A stretch of DNA of 64,000 nucleotides, from positions 562 through 64,561 of the forward strand of contig JAJRXD010000065.1 of assembly GCA_024276465.1 (NCBI GenBank). Direction: 5' to 3'. The number at the start of each line of letters is the position of its first letter. Position 1 is the first letter of the stretch. Below the pieces are notes generated by a model. That model worked only from the letters and a program-made list of their open reading frames with translations. It did no database searches and had not been told where the DNA came from. Of this stretch, positions 1 to 9,724 are shown piece by piece. Source of the stretch: Deltaproteobacteria bacterium (lineage in GTDB: Bacteria; Desulfobacterota; WTBG01; CAIYCZ01; CAIRTM01). Both the position numbers and the translations under genes were made by a program.

Positions 1-32
1 CTCGGGCAGTAGAACATCGCGTAAATAAATTA

Positions 33-2117
33 TTATTCTTCTCCGGCCTTTGACGCTGCAATAATTTTTTCACTCAGATGCTGGGGAACTTCATCATAGT
101 GATCAAATTCCATTGTAAACATCCCCCTTCCGCTTGTCATTGAAGTAAGTTCTGCAGAGTACTGCTGCATTTCAGCCAGAGGAACCATTGCCTTTACAAG
201 CTGTCCCCCCACTGACTGCTCCATGCCCAGCACCCTGCCTCTTCTGCTGTTTATATCACCCATAATATCCCCTGTCACATCTTCCGGCACTGTAATTTCA
301 ACTGACATAACAGGCTCAAGCAGAACAGGTTTGCACTCAACAAAACCAGCTTTAAAACCCTTGGACCCTGCTATCTGAAAAGCCATATCAGAGGAATCAA
401 CATCATGGAAGGAGCCGTCATACAAAGTAACTCTGATATCAACAATTGGATAACCTGCTAAAATTCCCTCCTTCATCTGGTTTACAATGCCTTTCTGCAC
501 AGCAGGTATATAATTTTTAGGTATAGCTCCACCCACTATTTTATCTACAAACTCAAAACCACCACCTCGTGGAAGCGGCTCGATTTCTATCCATGTGTCT
601 GCAAACTGCCCCCTGCCACCTGACTGTTTCTTGTGTTTTCCCTGGATTTTTGTCCTGCCCTTGATAGTCTCCTTGTACGGCAATTTCGGAAGCTTCATTT
701 CTATATCAACGCCAAACTTTCTTTTCAGCCTCGCAGCAGCAACATCCAGATGCACCTGGCCAACACCTGACAAAATAAATTCCCTGGTTTCATCATTTCT
801 TTTGAGCTGAAGCGTAGGATCCTCCTCTGTAAGACGTGCAAAGGAACCCGCCATTTTATCCTCATCCCCCCTGCTTTTTGCATAAATAGCGTAAGAAGCA
901 ACCGGTTTTTGATGCTCAAGTGCCTTAAAAAAGGCTGTTTCTCCTCCCTCATCACAAAACGTATCCCCTGTTGTTGTCTCTTTCAATTTTGCCACTGCCA
1001 CAATGTCACCTGCAACTGCTCCCTCAAGAGCCTTTTGAGCTTTGCCCTCAATCTGCAAAACCTGACCGATCTTTTCTTTAACCTGTTTTTTCGCATTATA
1101 TATTGTTGAGTCCGAAGATATGGAACCTGAAAAAACCCGAAAGAGAGTCAATTTTCCGGCATACGGGTCTGCAATGGTTTTGAAAACATAGGCAAACAGA
1201 GGCCCCTCTTCTTTTATTGCCACCTTTTTTGCTTCGTTTGATTTTGGATCAACAGCCTCAATCTCAGACCTGTCCAGTGGTGATGGAAAATATTGTGTAA
1301 CAAAATCCAGCAGTTGTCTTGCCCCATAGTTTTTCACCCCGGCACCGCACAAAACACAATACAAATTACAATCCTTTACACCGGTTTTTATGACCTTGTT
1401 AATCTCATCACTGGTTATCTCCTGTCCATCAAGGTACTTTTCAAGGAGTTCCTCGCTTGACTCAGCAATATCTTCAATTAATTTCTGCCTCATTTCCTCA
1501 ACCTTTTCGGAAATTTCTGACGGGATTTCACAATCTGAAACATTCCCGGACTCATCTCCGGCAAATTCATATCCTTTCATTTTAATCAGATCTACAAACC
1601 CCTTAAAATTCAGATCACTTCCAATGGGTACCTGTATTGGTGCCGGATTAACCTTAAGGGTGTTCTTAATACTGTCTAATATTGCAAAAAAGTCCGTATT
1701 TTCCCTGTCAAGCCTGTTGATAAAAATAAGTGTTGGAATATTGAGTTCTTTAAGATGCTGCCAGACCTTTTCTGTTATTACCTGCACACCTGATGCAGCG
1801 TCTATGACAAGTACAGCTGCATCTACAACCTGAAGACTGTTATAGGTATCTGAAACAAAATTAGCATCACCAGGTGTGTCTATTATATTGACCAGATGTT
1901 TTTTCCAGTTGACATGATGAAAAGAACTCATAATGGTCATTTTTCTATCTTTTTCTTCAGGCTCAAAATCTAAAACAGATTCACCATTATCCACCTTACA
2001 AAGACGGTCAGTCGCTTTGCCGCTAAAAAGCAATGCCTCGGCAAGTGAGGTCTTGCCTGATTTTCCGTGACCTACTATTGCAATATTTCTGATCAGACTG
2101 GATTCATTTTTTTTCAT
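33..2117 (-). CDS. fusA: Elongation factor G paralogue (EF-G2-like)
   Basis: 694 aa. G1 GHGKSGKT, DTPG and NRLD motifs, domain IV KKQSGGRGQF and GSFHDVDSS. The canonical RGITI and DTPGH are replaced by RKMTI and DTPGD, as in EF-G2-type paralogues. Confidence 0.92.
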   Translation of the reverse strand: MKKNESSLIRNIAIVGHGKSGKTSLAEALLFSGKATDRLCKVDNGESVLDFEPEEKDRKMTIMSSFHHVNWKKHLVNIIDTPGDANFVSDTYNSLQVVDAAVLVIDAASGVQVITEKVWQHLKELNIPTLIFINRLDRENTDFFAILDSIKNTLKVNPAPIQVPIGSDLNFKGFVDLIKMKGYEFAGDESGNVSDCEIPSEISEKVEEMRQKLIEDIAESSEELLEKYLDGQEITSDEINKVIKTGVKDCNLYCVLCGAGVKNYGARQLLDFVTQYFPSPLDRSEIEAVDPKSNEAKKVAIKEEGPLFAYVFKTIADPYAGKLTLFRVFSGSISSDSTIYNAKKQVKEKIGQVLQIEGKAQKALEGAVAGDIVAVAKLKETTTGDTFCDEGGETAFFKALEHQKPVASYAIYAKSRGDEDKMAGSFARLTEEDPTLQLKRNDETREFILSGVGQVHLDVAAARLKRKFGVDIEMKLPKLPYKETIKGRTKIQGKHKKQSGGRGQFADTWIEIEPLPRGGGFEFVDKIVGGAIPKNYIPAVQKGIVNQMKEGILAGYPIVDIRVTLYDGSFHDVDSSDMAFQIAGSKGFKAGFVECKPVLLEPVMSVEITVPEDVTGDIMGDINSRRGRVLGMEQSVGGQLVKAMVPLAEMQQYSAELTSMTSGRGMFTMEFDHYDEVPQHLSEKIIAASKAGEE

Positions 2118-2258
2118 GGGCGCTTTCCTTCCTTAATCAGGTTGTTTGAAAACAGATTTTAATGGGCAACTGCCATTCGAATTTCCTAAGTATCTTAAAT
2201 TTAATGTTATTTTTATTATAAGTGATAACAGGTTAGAATGCAACAGAATTTTAAATCT

Positions 2259-2434
2259 TTAAACCCGGATATTACAGCAGAAAATACAAACAGGAACGAA
2301 ACGCGCGGCAGGAATGGTTCTGGAATGCAGGTATATCAAAAAATCTACAGATACACAAAATCATGAATTCCTATCTTGCCAGGACAGAAAATTTTACTCC
2401 GTGGCAAACATCTGATTGCAATACCCGGGTTTAA
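2259..2434. repeat. MITE-like element with imperfect terminal inverted repeats
   Basis: Left end TTAAACCCGGATATTACA matches the reverse complement of the right end (TTAAACCCGGGTATTGCA). No ORF inside. Confidence 0.5.
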
Positions 2435-2439
2435 GCATG

Positions 2440-2467
2440 TTGACAGATTTTTCAGAATTGTTAGAAT
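2440..2467 (+). promoter_or_regulatory. sigma70 promoter of radA-psd
   Basis: TTGACA (2440-2445), 16-nt spacer, then TGnTAGAAT extended -10 (2459-2467), about 65 nt upstream of the radA ATG. Confidence 0.7.
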
Positions 2468-2530
2468 GCAACAACATTAATATCATACACTAAGACAACA
2501 GTTACAGCTTTTCACTATTTACTATTTACA

Positions 2531-3901
2531 ATGTCAAAAAACAGAACTGTTTTCACATGCTCCTTTTGCGGGCATCAGGCACCAAAATGGTTAGGCAAAT
2601 GTCCTGACTGCGACCAGTGGAACACATACTATGAAGAAGTTCAGACAAAAAACAGAATGTTTTCTTTACATGCTGCCAGCACCACTGAAAATCATCCTGT
2701 GCCTGTACATGAAATCAGTTTCAATGCTGAAGACACTTTTGTAACAGGCATTGACGAGCTTGACAGAGTTTTAGGCGGAGGCATTGTAAAGGGAGCAGTG
2801 ATACTCATCGGCGGCGATCCCGGAATCGGAAAGTCCACACTGGTACTTCAGGCTCTCACCAGTCTTGCACAAAATGGGTGTAAAGTTCTTTATGTTTCCG
2901 GTGAAGAATCCCTGAGACAAATACGCATTCGCGCTGAACGGTTAGGTTCCACTTCCGAAAGGCTCTACATACTTACCGAAACATCTCTTGAACAGATAAT
3001 TAATGAAATCAGGAATTTTCAGCCGTCTATTTTAGTAATTGACTCTGTCCAGACAATATATACTTCAGAGCTTGAATCAGCACCCGGAAGTGTAAGCCAG
3101 ATAAGAGAAACATCTGCAAGGCTTATCAATCTTGCAAAATCAACTGAAACTGCCTGCTTTTTAATTGGGCATGTGACAAAAGAAGGTGCAATTGCAGGGC
3201 CCAGGGTTTTGGAGCATATGGTTGACACTGTTCTGTACTTTGAAGGAGACAGGGGACACTCCTACAGGATACTCCGTGCAGTTAAAAACCGCTTCGGTTC
3301 AACGGATGAGATCGGGGTTTTTGAAATGGAAACAGGAGGTCTGGCAGAAGTTAAAAACCCTTCAGAGCTTTTTATTGCAGAACGTCCTGAAAACTCGGCA
3401 GGGTCCACAGTTGTCCCAAGCATGGAAGGAACACGGCCCATATTAGTGGAAATCCAGGCTCTTGTAGCACCCACATCACTTTCCATGCCCCGCAGGACAG
3501 CTATCGGGGTGGACTACAACAGAGCATCTGTTCTTGTAGCAGTACTTGAAAAAAAAACAGGGATCAAGCTTTACGACCAGGATATTTTTTTAAACATCGC
3601 CGGAGGCATCCGTTTAAATGAGCCTGGAGTGGACCTTGGTGTTATTACATCCATTGTTTCAAGCAGGATGGATCAGCCTGTTGCGCCCCTGACCGCAGTG
3701 TGCGGTGAAGTCGGGCTTACAGGTGAAGTCAGGGCAGTGGGCCAGATTGCATCGCGCATCAAAGAGGCAGAACGGCTTGGATTTTCAAAATGCCTGATTC
3801 CGAAAAACAACCTGAAAAATACTTTTAACAAAGGGAAAATAGAAGTTATTGGATTCAGAACAATTAAGGATACAATTGAATATGTTTTCAACCAGAAATA
3901 G
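2531..3901 (+). CDS. radA: DNA repair protein RadA/Sms
   Basis: N-terminal CxxC-CxxC Zn finger, Walker A GDPGIGKST, KNRFG motif, Lon-like C-terminal domain. Confidence 0.98.
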   Translation: MSKNRTVFTCSFCGHQAPKWLGKCPDCDQWNTYYEEVQTKNRMFSLHAASTTENHPVPVHEISFNAEDTFVTGIDELDRVLGGGIVKGAVILIGGDPGIGKSTLVLQALTSLAQNGCKVLYVSGEESLRQIRIRAERLGSTSERLYILTETSLEQIINEIRNFQPSILVIDSVQTIYTSELESAPGSVSQIRETSARLINLAKSTETACFLIGHVTKEGAIAGPRVLEHMVDTVLYFEGDRGHSYRILRAVKNRFGSTDEIGVFEMETGGLAEVKNPSELFIAERPENSAGSTVVPSMEGTRPILVEIQALVAPTSLSMPRRTAIGVDYNRASVLVAVLEKKTGIKLYDQDIFLNIAGGIRLNEPGVDLGVITSIVSSRMDQPVAPLTAVCGEVGLTGEVRAVGQIASRIKEAERLGFSKCLIPKNNLKNTFNKGKIEVIGFRTIKDTIEYVFNQK

Positions 3902-3919
3902 AAAGGCAATGGGTTTCAA

Positions 3920-4594
3920 ATGCCATCATTCATAGCCCGTGAAGGTTATTCGATTATCATGACAGTTTTAGCTGTAGCAGCAGCACTGCTTTTTTTTTCA
4001 TTCATCACTGATGCCAGATTTGCTTTTCCATTGCAGATCCTTGCATCAGCAGTGTTTCTTTTTTTTGTTTTCACCCTGTTTTTCTTCAGAGATCCTGAAC
4101 GAAAAACAGGTTTGAATCCCAGCGCCCTGATTGCCCCTGCTGACGGAACCATAATTGCTGTTAAAGAGATGAATGAACCCCGGTATTTAAAAGGAGGTTC
4201 AACAAGAATCAGCATTTTCATGTCAGTATTTAATGTTCATGTTAACCGGTCGCCGATAAACGGGTTAATAGAGTTAGTGCACTACAATCCCGGTAAATTT
4301 ATCTCTGCCTTCAAGGAAAAGGCATCAGAGGATAATGAAAGCCTCCTTGTGGGGATACAGGGGCAGGAGAGTTATAAAAAAATTGCTGTGAAATTTATAG
4401 CAGGGCTTATCGCCAGAAGGATTGTTTTTTATAAAAAACTCAATGACACGATCAGTCAGGGGGAAAGAATTAACCTGATACGATTTGGATCACGGGTTGA
4501 CCTGTACTGCCCCAGGGGAACAGAAATCAAAGTCAAAAATGGAGATAAAGTAACAGCAGGTGAGACTGTGATAGCCCTGTTTAAAAATCCGTAA
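3920..4594 (+). CDS. psd: Phosphatidylserine decarboxylase proenzyme
   Basis: FFRDPER, APADG, SIFMSVFNVHVNRSP and the RFGSRVD autocleavage motif. Confidence 0.95.
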   Translation: MPSFIAREGYSIIMTVLAVAAALLFFSFITDARFAFPLQILASAVFLFFVFTLFFFRDPERKTGLNPSALIAPADGTIIAVKEMNEPRYLKGGSTRISIFMSVFNVHVNRSPINGLIELVHYNPGKFISAFKEKASEDNESLLVGIQGQESYKKIAVKFIAGLIARRIVFYKKLNDTISQGERINLIRFGSRVDLYCPRGTEIKVKNGDKVTAGETVIALFKNP

Positions 4595-5633
4595 ATTTTA
4601 CGTCACATTTCCTTTTTGTGCCCTTGCTCTCAATTTCTCCAATAACAAAAGCTTTTTCATTTAAAGCATTGAGACGCTGAATTACATCCTCTTCATCTTT
4701 CTGGCGCACCACTAAAACCATACCAATTCCATTATTGAATGTCTTAAGCATCTCTTCATCGTCAATACCGCCTTCTGATTGTATAAGGCTGAAAACAGGC
4801 GGGACATCCCAGCAACCCAGGTGGATATTGGCCATGCAGCCTTTGGGGAGAATCCTTGATATATTGTCAACAAGCCCTCCTCCGGTTATGTGAGCAATCC
4901 CGTGAATTTGAAAATCCCTTAAAAGGTTCAGAATGGTTTTTACATAGATTTTTGTCGGTTTAAGCAGTTCTTCACCCACTGTACATCCTAACTCTTCAAG
5001 AAAATCTTCCGGGTTCATTCCCTTTTTGTCAAATATCACTTTTCTTGCCAGAGACAGTCCATTGCTGTGAACACCGCTTGAAGCTATCCCTACAATTTTA
5101 TCACAAACAGTAATTGATGAACCATCTATAATGTTGTCCTTTTCCACAACACCTACAACAAAACCTGCTACATCATAATCTCCATCTTTGTAAAACGAGG
5201 GCATTTCAGCTGTTTCACCCCCCACAAGAGAGCACCCTGCCTGCCTGCATCCAACAACAATTCCTTTAACAAGATCAGTTAAAATATCTTCATCAAATTT
5301 ACCAATTGATATATAATCAAGCATGAACAAAGGTTCTGCGCCCTGAACCACAATATCATTTACACACATTGCAACAAGGTCTATACCGATAGTATCATGT
5401 TTGTTCATCATAAAAGCAATCCGCAGCTTTGTTCCGACACCGTCTGTTGAGGAAACAAGAACAGGTGCATTATACTTTTCATTGTGCAGGGCAAAAAAGC
5501 TGCCAAAACCTCCGATATCCGACACAACTTCAGGTCTCATTGAAGGTTTAACAAGGGTTTTCAAAGACTTTACAAATTTATTAGCAGCATTTATATCAAC
5601 ACCTGCATCCTTGTAAGTAATTTTTTTATCCAT
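4581..5633 (-). CDS. purM: Phosphoribosylformylglycinamidine cyclo-ligase
   Basis: TYKDAGVDI, STDGVGTKL, GGETAEMP, SSGVHSNG, HITGGG motifs. Confidence 0.98.
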   Translation of the reverse strand: MDKKITYKDAGVDINAANKFVKSLKTLVKPSMRPEVVSDIGGFGSFFALHNEKYNAPVLVSSTDGVGTKLRIAFMMNKHDTIGIDLVAMCVNDIVVQGAEPLFMLDYISIGKFDEDILTDLVKGIVVGCRQAGCSLVGGETAEMPSFYKDGDYDVAGFVVGVVEKDNIIDGSSITVCDKIVGIASSGVHSNGLSLARKVIFDKKGMNPEDFLEELGCTVGEELLKPTKIYVKTILNLLRDFQIHGIAHITGGGLVDNISRILPKGCMANIHLGCWDVPPVFSLIQSEGGIDDEEMLKTFNNGIGMVLVVRQKDEEDVIQRLNALNEKAFVIGEIESKGTKRKCDVKFTDF

Positions 5634-5782
5634 ATTTTAGAAAACTTTCTCTGTTTTGTTTACGTATCAAACATATTATTGCTTCCGGCCTTTACTTCAG
5701 AAATACGGGTAAAGAATAGGGGAAGCAGGAAAGGATGTCAACCTCAAAGGGATTTTAAAATCAAATCAATTATTGTCAGAAA

Positions 5783-6379
5783 ATGAACATTCAAAAAACC
5801 ATACAAAAGCTTGCTGCAGGTCAGACAATAACTATTGCCGCCCTGGGAGATTCACTGACTTACGGGTGGATGGTTAAAAAGGGATATCTTGACTTCTTAA
5901 GGCAAATGCTGACTGCAAAATATCCGGGCAGCATTATAAAAATTATTAACAGAGGAATTCCAGGGGATACTGCCGAAGGGGGGTTGCTCCGGTTACATGC
6001 CCATGTCATAAAAACCAATCCTGACTTGACATTAATACAATTCGCGCTTAATGACGCGTTTTCCGGATATCCCCTTGTAGAATTTCAAAACAATATTATG
6101 GAAATAGTTAAGAAAATTAAAAAATATACTTTATCTGAAATACTGTTAATGACCTCATCTGCATTGGATGAAAGAGAAAAACACACTGTTGAGCACTATT
6201 ACAACTGCCTGAAGTTTGTTGCTGAAAAAGAATCTGTTCCAGTTGCACTTGTTCATGAATACTGGGAAGCGAAGATATCAGGAGGAACACAATTCAGCCT
6301 GCTGGTTCAGGAAGACCGTGTGCATCCCACTGAGGAAGGCTACCGGTTAATGGCTGAAGCGGTTATGGAGCTGGTTTAA
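5783..6379 (+). CDS. SGNH/GDSL hydrolase
   Basis: GDSLT block I, GIPG block II, ALND block III, DRVHP block V. Confidence 0.9.
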   Translation: MNIQKTIQKLAAGQTITIAALGDSLTYGWMVKKGYLDFLRQMLTAKYPGSIIKIINRGIPGDTAEGGLLRLHAHVIKTNPDLTLIQFALNDAFSGYPLVEFQNNIMEIVKKIKKYTLSEILLMTSSALDEREKHTVEHYYNCLKFVAEKESVPVALVHEYWEAKISGGTQFSLLVQEDRVHPTEEGYRLMAEAVMELV

Positions 6380-6731
6380 CCCGAATTATTAAAAATTCGG
6401 GGACATCCATATTGGTTTCTCATAGTCTTCTTGTAATAACCGTGGTTTTGACCCTGAAAACACCATTATTGGACCAATATTAGCCCCTTTTTAATCATAA
6501 TTACAAGTATTTACGACTGCTTATCTTGGCCCGACCCCGTACCTTCCTTCTCATGAAACAAACCATCCTGTTGAAATCTCTTTAAATTTTTCAAAAAAGA
6601 ATGTGTACGCTAATATTTATTCCCGTAAAAGTGATAAGTGTTTGATATTGCTTTATTTTATTAATGCTCAAAAATAGAGCAGTTTGCTGTCCCGGCCTTA
6701 AAATCAGGACTTAAAACTGTTTTTCACACTG

Positions 6732-6818
6732 TTTTCCACAGGAAACCAACAATCATTGTGGATTAATTAATGCCCTATATATGGTATGTTTAATTAATCC
6801 ATCCACAAGATATGCACA
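6732..6818. promoter_or_regulatory. Cluster of DnaA-box-like and tandem NrdR-box-like sites
   Basis: DnaA-like 9-mers: TTTTCCACA 6732, TGTGGATTA 6757, CCATCCACA 6799, ATATGCACA 6810. NrdR-like 16-mers: GCCCTATATATGGTAT 6772 and CCACAAGATATGCACA 6803, 31 bp apart. Confidence 0.5.
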
Positions 6819-7004
6819 GGTGTAAATTCGTTGAATTATGGTTTATGGTGCGGTTTTTAAGTGAAGTTTTGGCAAGCATGGGGTTTTCGTCTTTCTAATT
6901 CCCTGTAGCTTTATGCGTCTGTCATTCCCTGTAAAGAGACTGTGTCGCAATTATGAGTTTTATGGTCCGGATCTCAGTCTGTCCTGAAGTGTCCCTGGTT
7001 GAAG

Positions 7005-7283
7005 TCAACTTTGCATCCAGTCAGGTAAAGAGCTTTTTGTTGCTGCGGAGTAGAGAGTTTCCGGGGCAATATCGATTTCATTTTTCCAGGTTAAAACACC
7101 AACTTCATTATCGATGGAGAAGGATTTAAAAAAATCAATGTTTTTAAATTTTTCAAAAACACCACCCTTTTTTAAATATGATGAAAAGTCAACAATTCCT
7201 GACTTGCCATCTTCAAAAGTAATTTTTATTTTATAATCCCCACAGTATTCAGCTGAAACAACATCTAACAACACGACTATCAT
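7005..7283 (-). CDS. DUF2442 protein (putative antitoxin of a DUF4160/DUF2442 pair)
   Basis: VVSAEY..DYKIKITFEDGKSGIVDF ... LTWKNEIDIAPETLY signature, directly downstream of a DUF4160 gene. Confidence 0.85.
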   Translation of the reverse strand: MIVVLLDVVSAEYCGDYKIKITFEDGKSGIVDFSSYLKKGGVFEKFKNIDFFKSFSIDNEVGVLTWKNEIDIAPETLYSAATKSSLPDWMQS

Positions 7284-7290
7284 CTCCTTT

Positions 7291-7552
7291 TTATTTTAAT
7301 GGTTCAATCTTTTCCAGGGTTTTATTCTGTGCTGCTAATTCCCAATCTTTTAATAATTCTTCTTTGTGCAAAGTTGCCCACTCAATTGTTAGTCCTAAGG
7401 CTCGAGGGGAAATGTTGCCTTCAAGAATACTTAAATCTTTTAATATTGATAATAACTTTTTCTCCACCATATCTTGCATGAAAATGTGGTGGATTATGGT
7501 CGTCAAAAAACATCGAAATTATTATTCCATAGAATCTTGATAACTCTGGCAT
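7291..7552 (-). pseudogene. DUF4160 protein (putative toxin), +1 frameshift
   Basis: From ATG at 7552 it reads MPELSRFYGIIISMFFDDHNPPHFHARYGGEKVIINIK. One extra A (T-run 7438-7441 on +) shifts the frame before DLSILEGNISPRALGLTIEWATLHKEELLKDW...IEPLK. Confidence 0.85.
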
Positions 7553-7821
7553 CTGTAACCCCTTTTTTTTAATTATTATATCACATTTACATCATTTTTT
7601 CTTGCATAATGAATAATGCGAACGGACACTTTCCCATAAGTCAGGAAGGGGTCAGTCAGGAAGGGGTCAAATCTCCGTTTGACTTTTACATGTCTCGGGG
7701 CTTCAGTCTGTTTGATTTGCACGGATTTTTTATAAAACCGTGATGTCTGGATATCTGTTGACCTGGAAGATGAATTTTACTATTCTTCCTCTAAACCTCG
7801 AAATTTCCAGGAGAGAAAAAC

Positions 7822-8256
7822 ATGCGCAATTTAACCGAAAAAGAGATCAGGAATCTGATGGATGAAATGATGTGGGGAACAATTATTGCTGTTGATGACG
7901 GGCAGCCTTATGCTGTTGAAACCTCATTCGCCACTGATGACAAATTTTTATACACCGGAACTCAATGCGGAGGGAGGATGAACAGGTGCATTGAAAAACA
8001 CAATAAGGTTACTTTCAAGATCTGCGACAGCACTAAAGACACAAGGCAATACAGGGCAGCCATAGTTGAGTCAGAGGCAACGATTTTGAAAGATACAGAT
8101 GAAATCAGGCATTGCCTGCGGATAATCATAACAAAGATCGGATGGTCATTATCAGGGCTTGATGCAAAAGCTGAAAAAATAGCAGCCGGGACAGGATCCC
8201 TCAGTCTCTACCGCATGCCGCTCAAAAACCTGGGTGGGGTTGGACACGGGTTTTGA
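7822..8256 (+). CDS. Pyridoxamine 5'-phosphate oxidase-like FMN-binding protein (NimA-like)
   Basis: WGTIIAVDDGQPYAV ... GGRMNRCIEKHNKVTF pattern, 144 aa, RBS AGGAG upstream. Confidence 0.75.
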   Translation: MRNLTEKEIRNLMDEMMWGTIIAVDDGQPYAVETSFATDDKFLYTGTQCGGRMNRCIEKHNKVTFKICDSTKDTRQYRAAIVESEATILKDTDEIRHCLRIIITKIGWSLSGLDAKAEKIAAGTGSLSLYRMPLKNLGGVGHGF

Positions 8257-8426
8257 CTTCCAACAAAGTCGTCAGATTTAAATATCGAATAATGATTTTT
8301 CCCTTCGACATTCATTATTCCATGCTCAATATTCTTCGGTTTAAAGATTTTGCCTGCTCCAGTAAAAATGCAACTTCGTTTCTAACAGTATACCCCGATT
8401 CTCGGGGTGTAAATTAGTTTTTTACT

Positions 8427-9623
8427 TTATGTAGTGTACTCAGCATTTATTTTGACATACTCATAGCTCAGATCACATGTTGTGATTTCGTGGCATTTGT
8501 TACCATGATTCAGATCAATGGCAAGGCTTACTGATCTGTTTTTAACTGTTTTTTTCAGCCTGGTTATGTTTTCCTTCACCCCCTGACCATTGCGTACAGC
8601 CTGAATACCGTTAAAAAAGATACTGATTTTGTCCATGTCAAGGCTGGCTCCGGAACTGCCAAGAGCAGCCATTATCCTTCCCCAGTTAAAGTCCTCACCG
8701 AAAAATGCTGTTTTAACAAGAGTGGAGTTTGCAACCTGCAAAGCAGCCTTTTTGGCATCACCCCTGGTCCTGGCATTTAAAATGCTGACTGAGATCAGCT
8801 TTGTAGCTCCCTCCCCGTCCCTGACAATCATAAGGGAAAGTTTTTTCATGACCTCATAAAGCATTTTCTCAAAGACTCTGAAACCGCCTGATTTTCTGCT
8901 GGATACAGTTTTTTCTGACTGTCCGTTTGCAAGCACCAGAACAGTGTCATTTGTGCTCATATCTCCATCAACAGTAATTGTGTTAAAGGTCTCATCAACC
9001 TGATCCTTCAGGAGTTGGGACAGAAGTGTCTTTTCAATGGCTGCATCTGTAACAATAAAGGCTAACATTGTGGCCATGTTCGGCATTATCATGCCTGATC
9101 CTTTTGCAATGCCGGCAATCTTTACTGTTTCGCCGTTAACAACGCCTTTAAGTGTTATAATTTTAGGGTGGGTGTCGGTTGTAAGTATGGATTCAGCAAA
9201 GTCATTAATCCTGTCTGTGGAAGCTTCTTTTACAAGCTTCGGGACTGCCTTTAATATTTTTCCCAGGGGGAAATCTACTCCGATAACACCGGTTGAACAG
9301 GGCAGAACAAGGTTTTCACTTATATCCAGATATGAGGAAACACCGGAACAGGTCTTCAGGGCATCATCCATGCCTTTTCTGCCTGTACAGGCATTTGCAT
9401 TTCCGCTGTTTACCAGTATTGCCTGTGCAAAGCCTTTTTGAAGCCGTTTTTTGCAGAGGAGAACCGGTGCTGCCTTTACCCTGTTTTTTGTAAACACACC
9501 AGCAGCTGTACATGGTTTGCTGCTCAAAATCAGCCCTAAATCTTTTTTACCCTTTTTTATTCCGGTTGAAACCCCGGCAAAAAAAAAGCCCGGAACTCCC
9601 TCCGTGACATGAAATGGTTTCAT
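8427..9623 (-). CDS. argJ: Bifunctional ornithine acetyltransferase/N-acetylglutamate synthase
   Basis: NSGNANACTG, STGVIG, TTDT, KGSGMIMPNMATML, DGDMSTND, DGEGATK, INAEYTT. Start moved to ATG 9623 to avoid overlap with secA. Confidence 0.97.
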   Translation of the reverse strand: MKPFHVTEGVPGFFFAGVSTGIKKGKKDLGLILSSKPCTAAGVFTKNRVKAAPVLLCKKRLQKGFAQAILVNSGNANACTGRKGMDDALKTCSGVSSYLDISENLVLPCSTGVIGVDFPLGKILKAVPKLVKEASTDRINDFAESILTTDTHPKIITLKGVVNGETVKIAGIAKGSGMIMPNMATMLAFIVTDAAIEKTLLSQLLKDQVDETFNTITVDGDMSTNDTVLVLANGQSEKTVSSRKSGGFRVFEKMLYEVMKKLSLMIVRDGEGATKLISVSILNARTRGDAKKAALQVANSTLVKTAFFGEDFNWGRIMAALGSSGASLDMDKISIFFNGIQAVRNGQGVKENITRLKKTVKNRSVSLAIDLNHGNKCHEITTCDLSYEYVKINAEYTT

Positions 9624-9724
9624 TGTTTTATTTAAAACATCCTTAACGCAGACTGGAGTCTGCGGCTGCCAGACAGGAACCCTGTCCGCAGACAGGCCTG
9701 CTTCTTTTTTGTGAACCACGGGTG

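Noticed and set aside
6732-6818. Chromosomal oriC
   Set aside because: No perfect TTATCCACA box and no dnaA, dnaN, gidA or rpmH nearby. Kept only as an orphan regulatory cluster.
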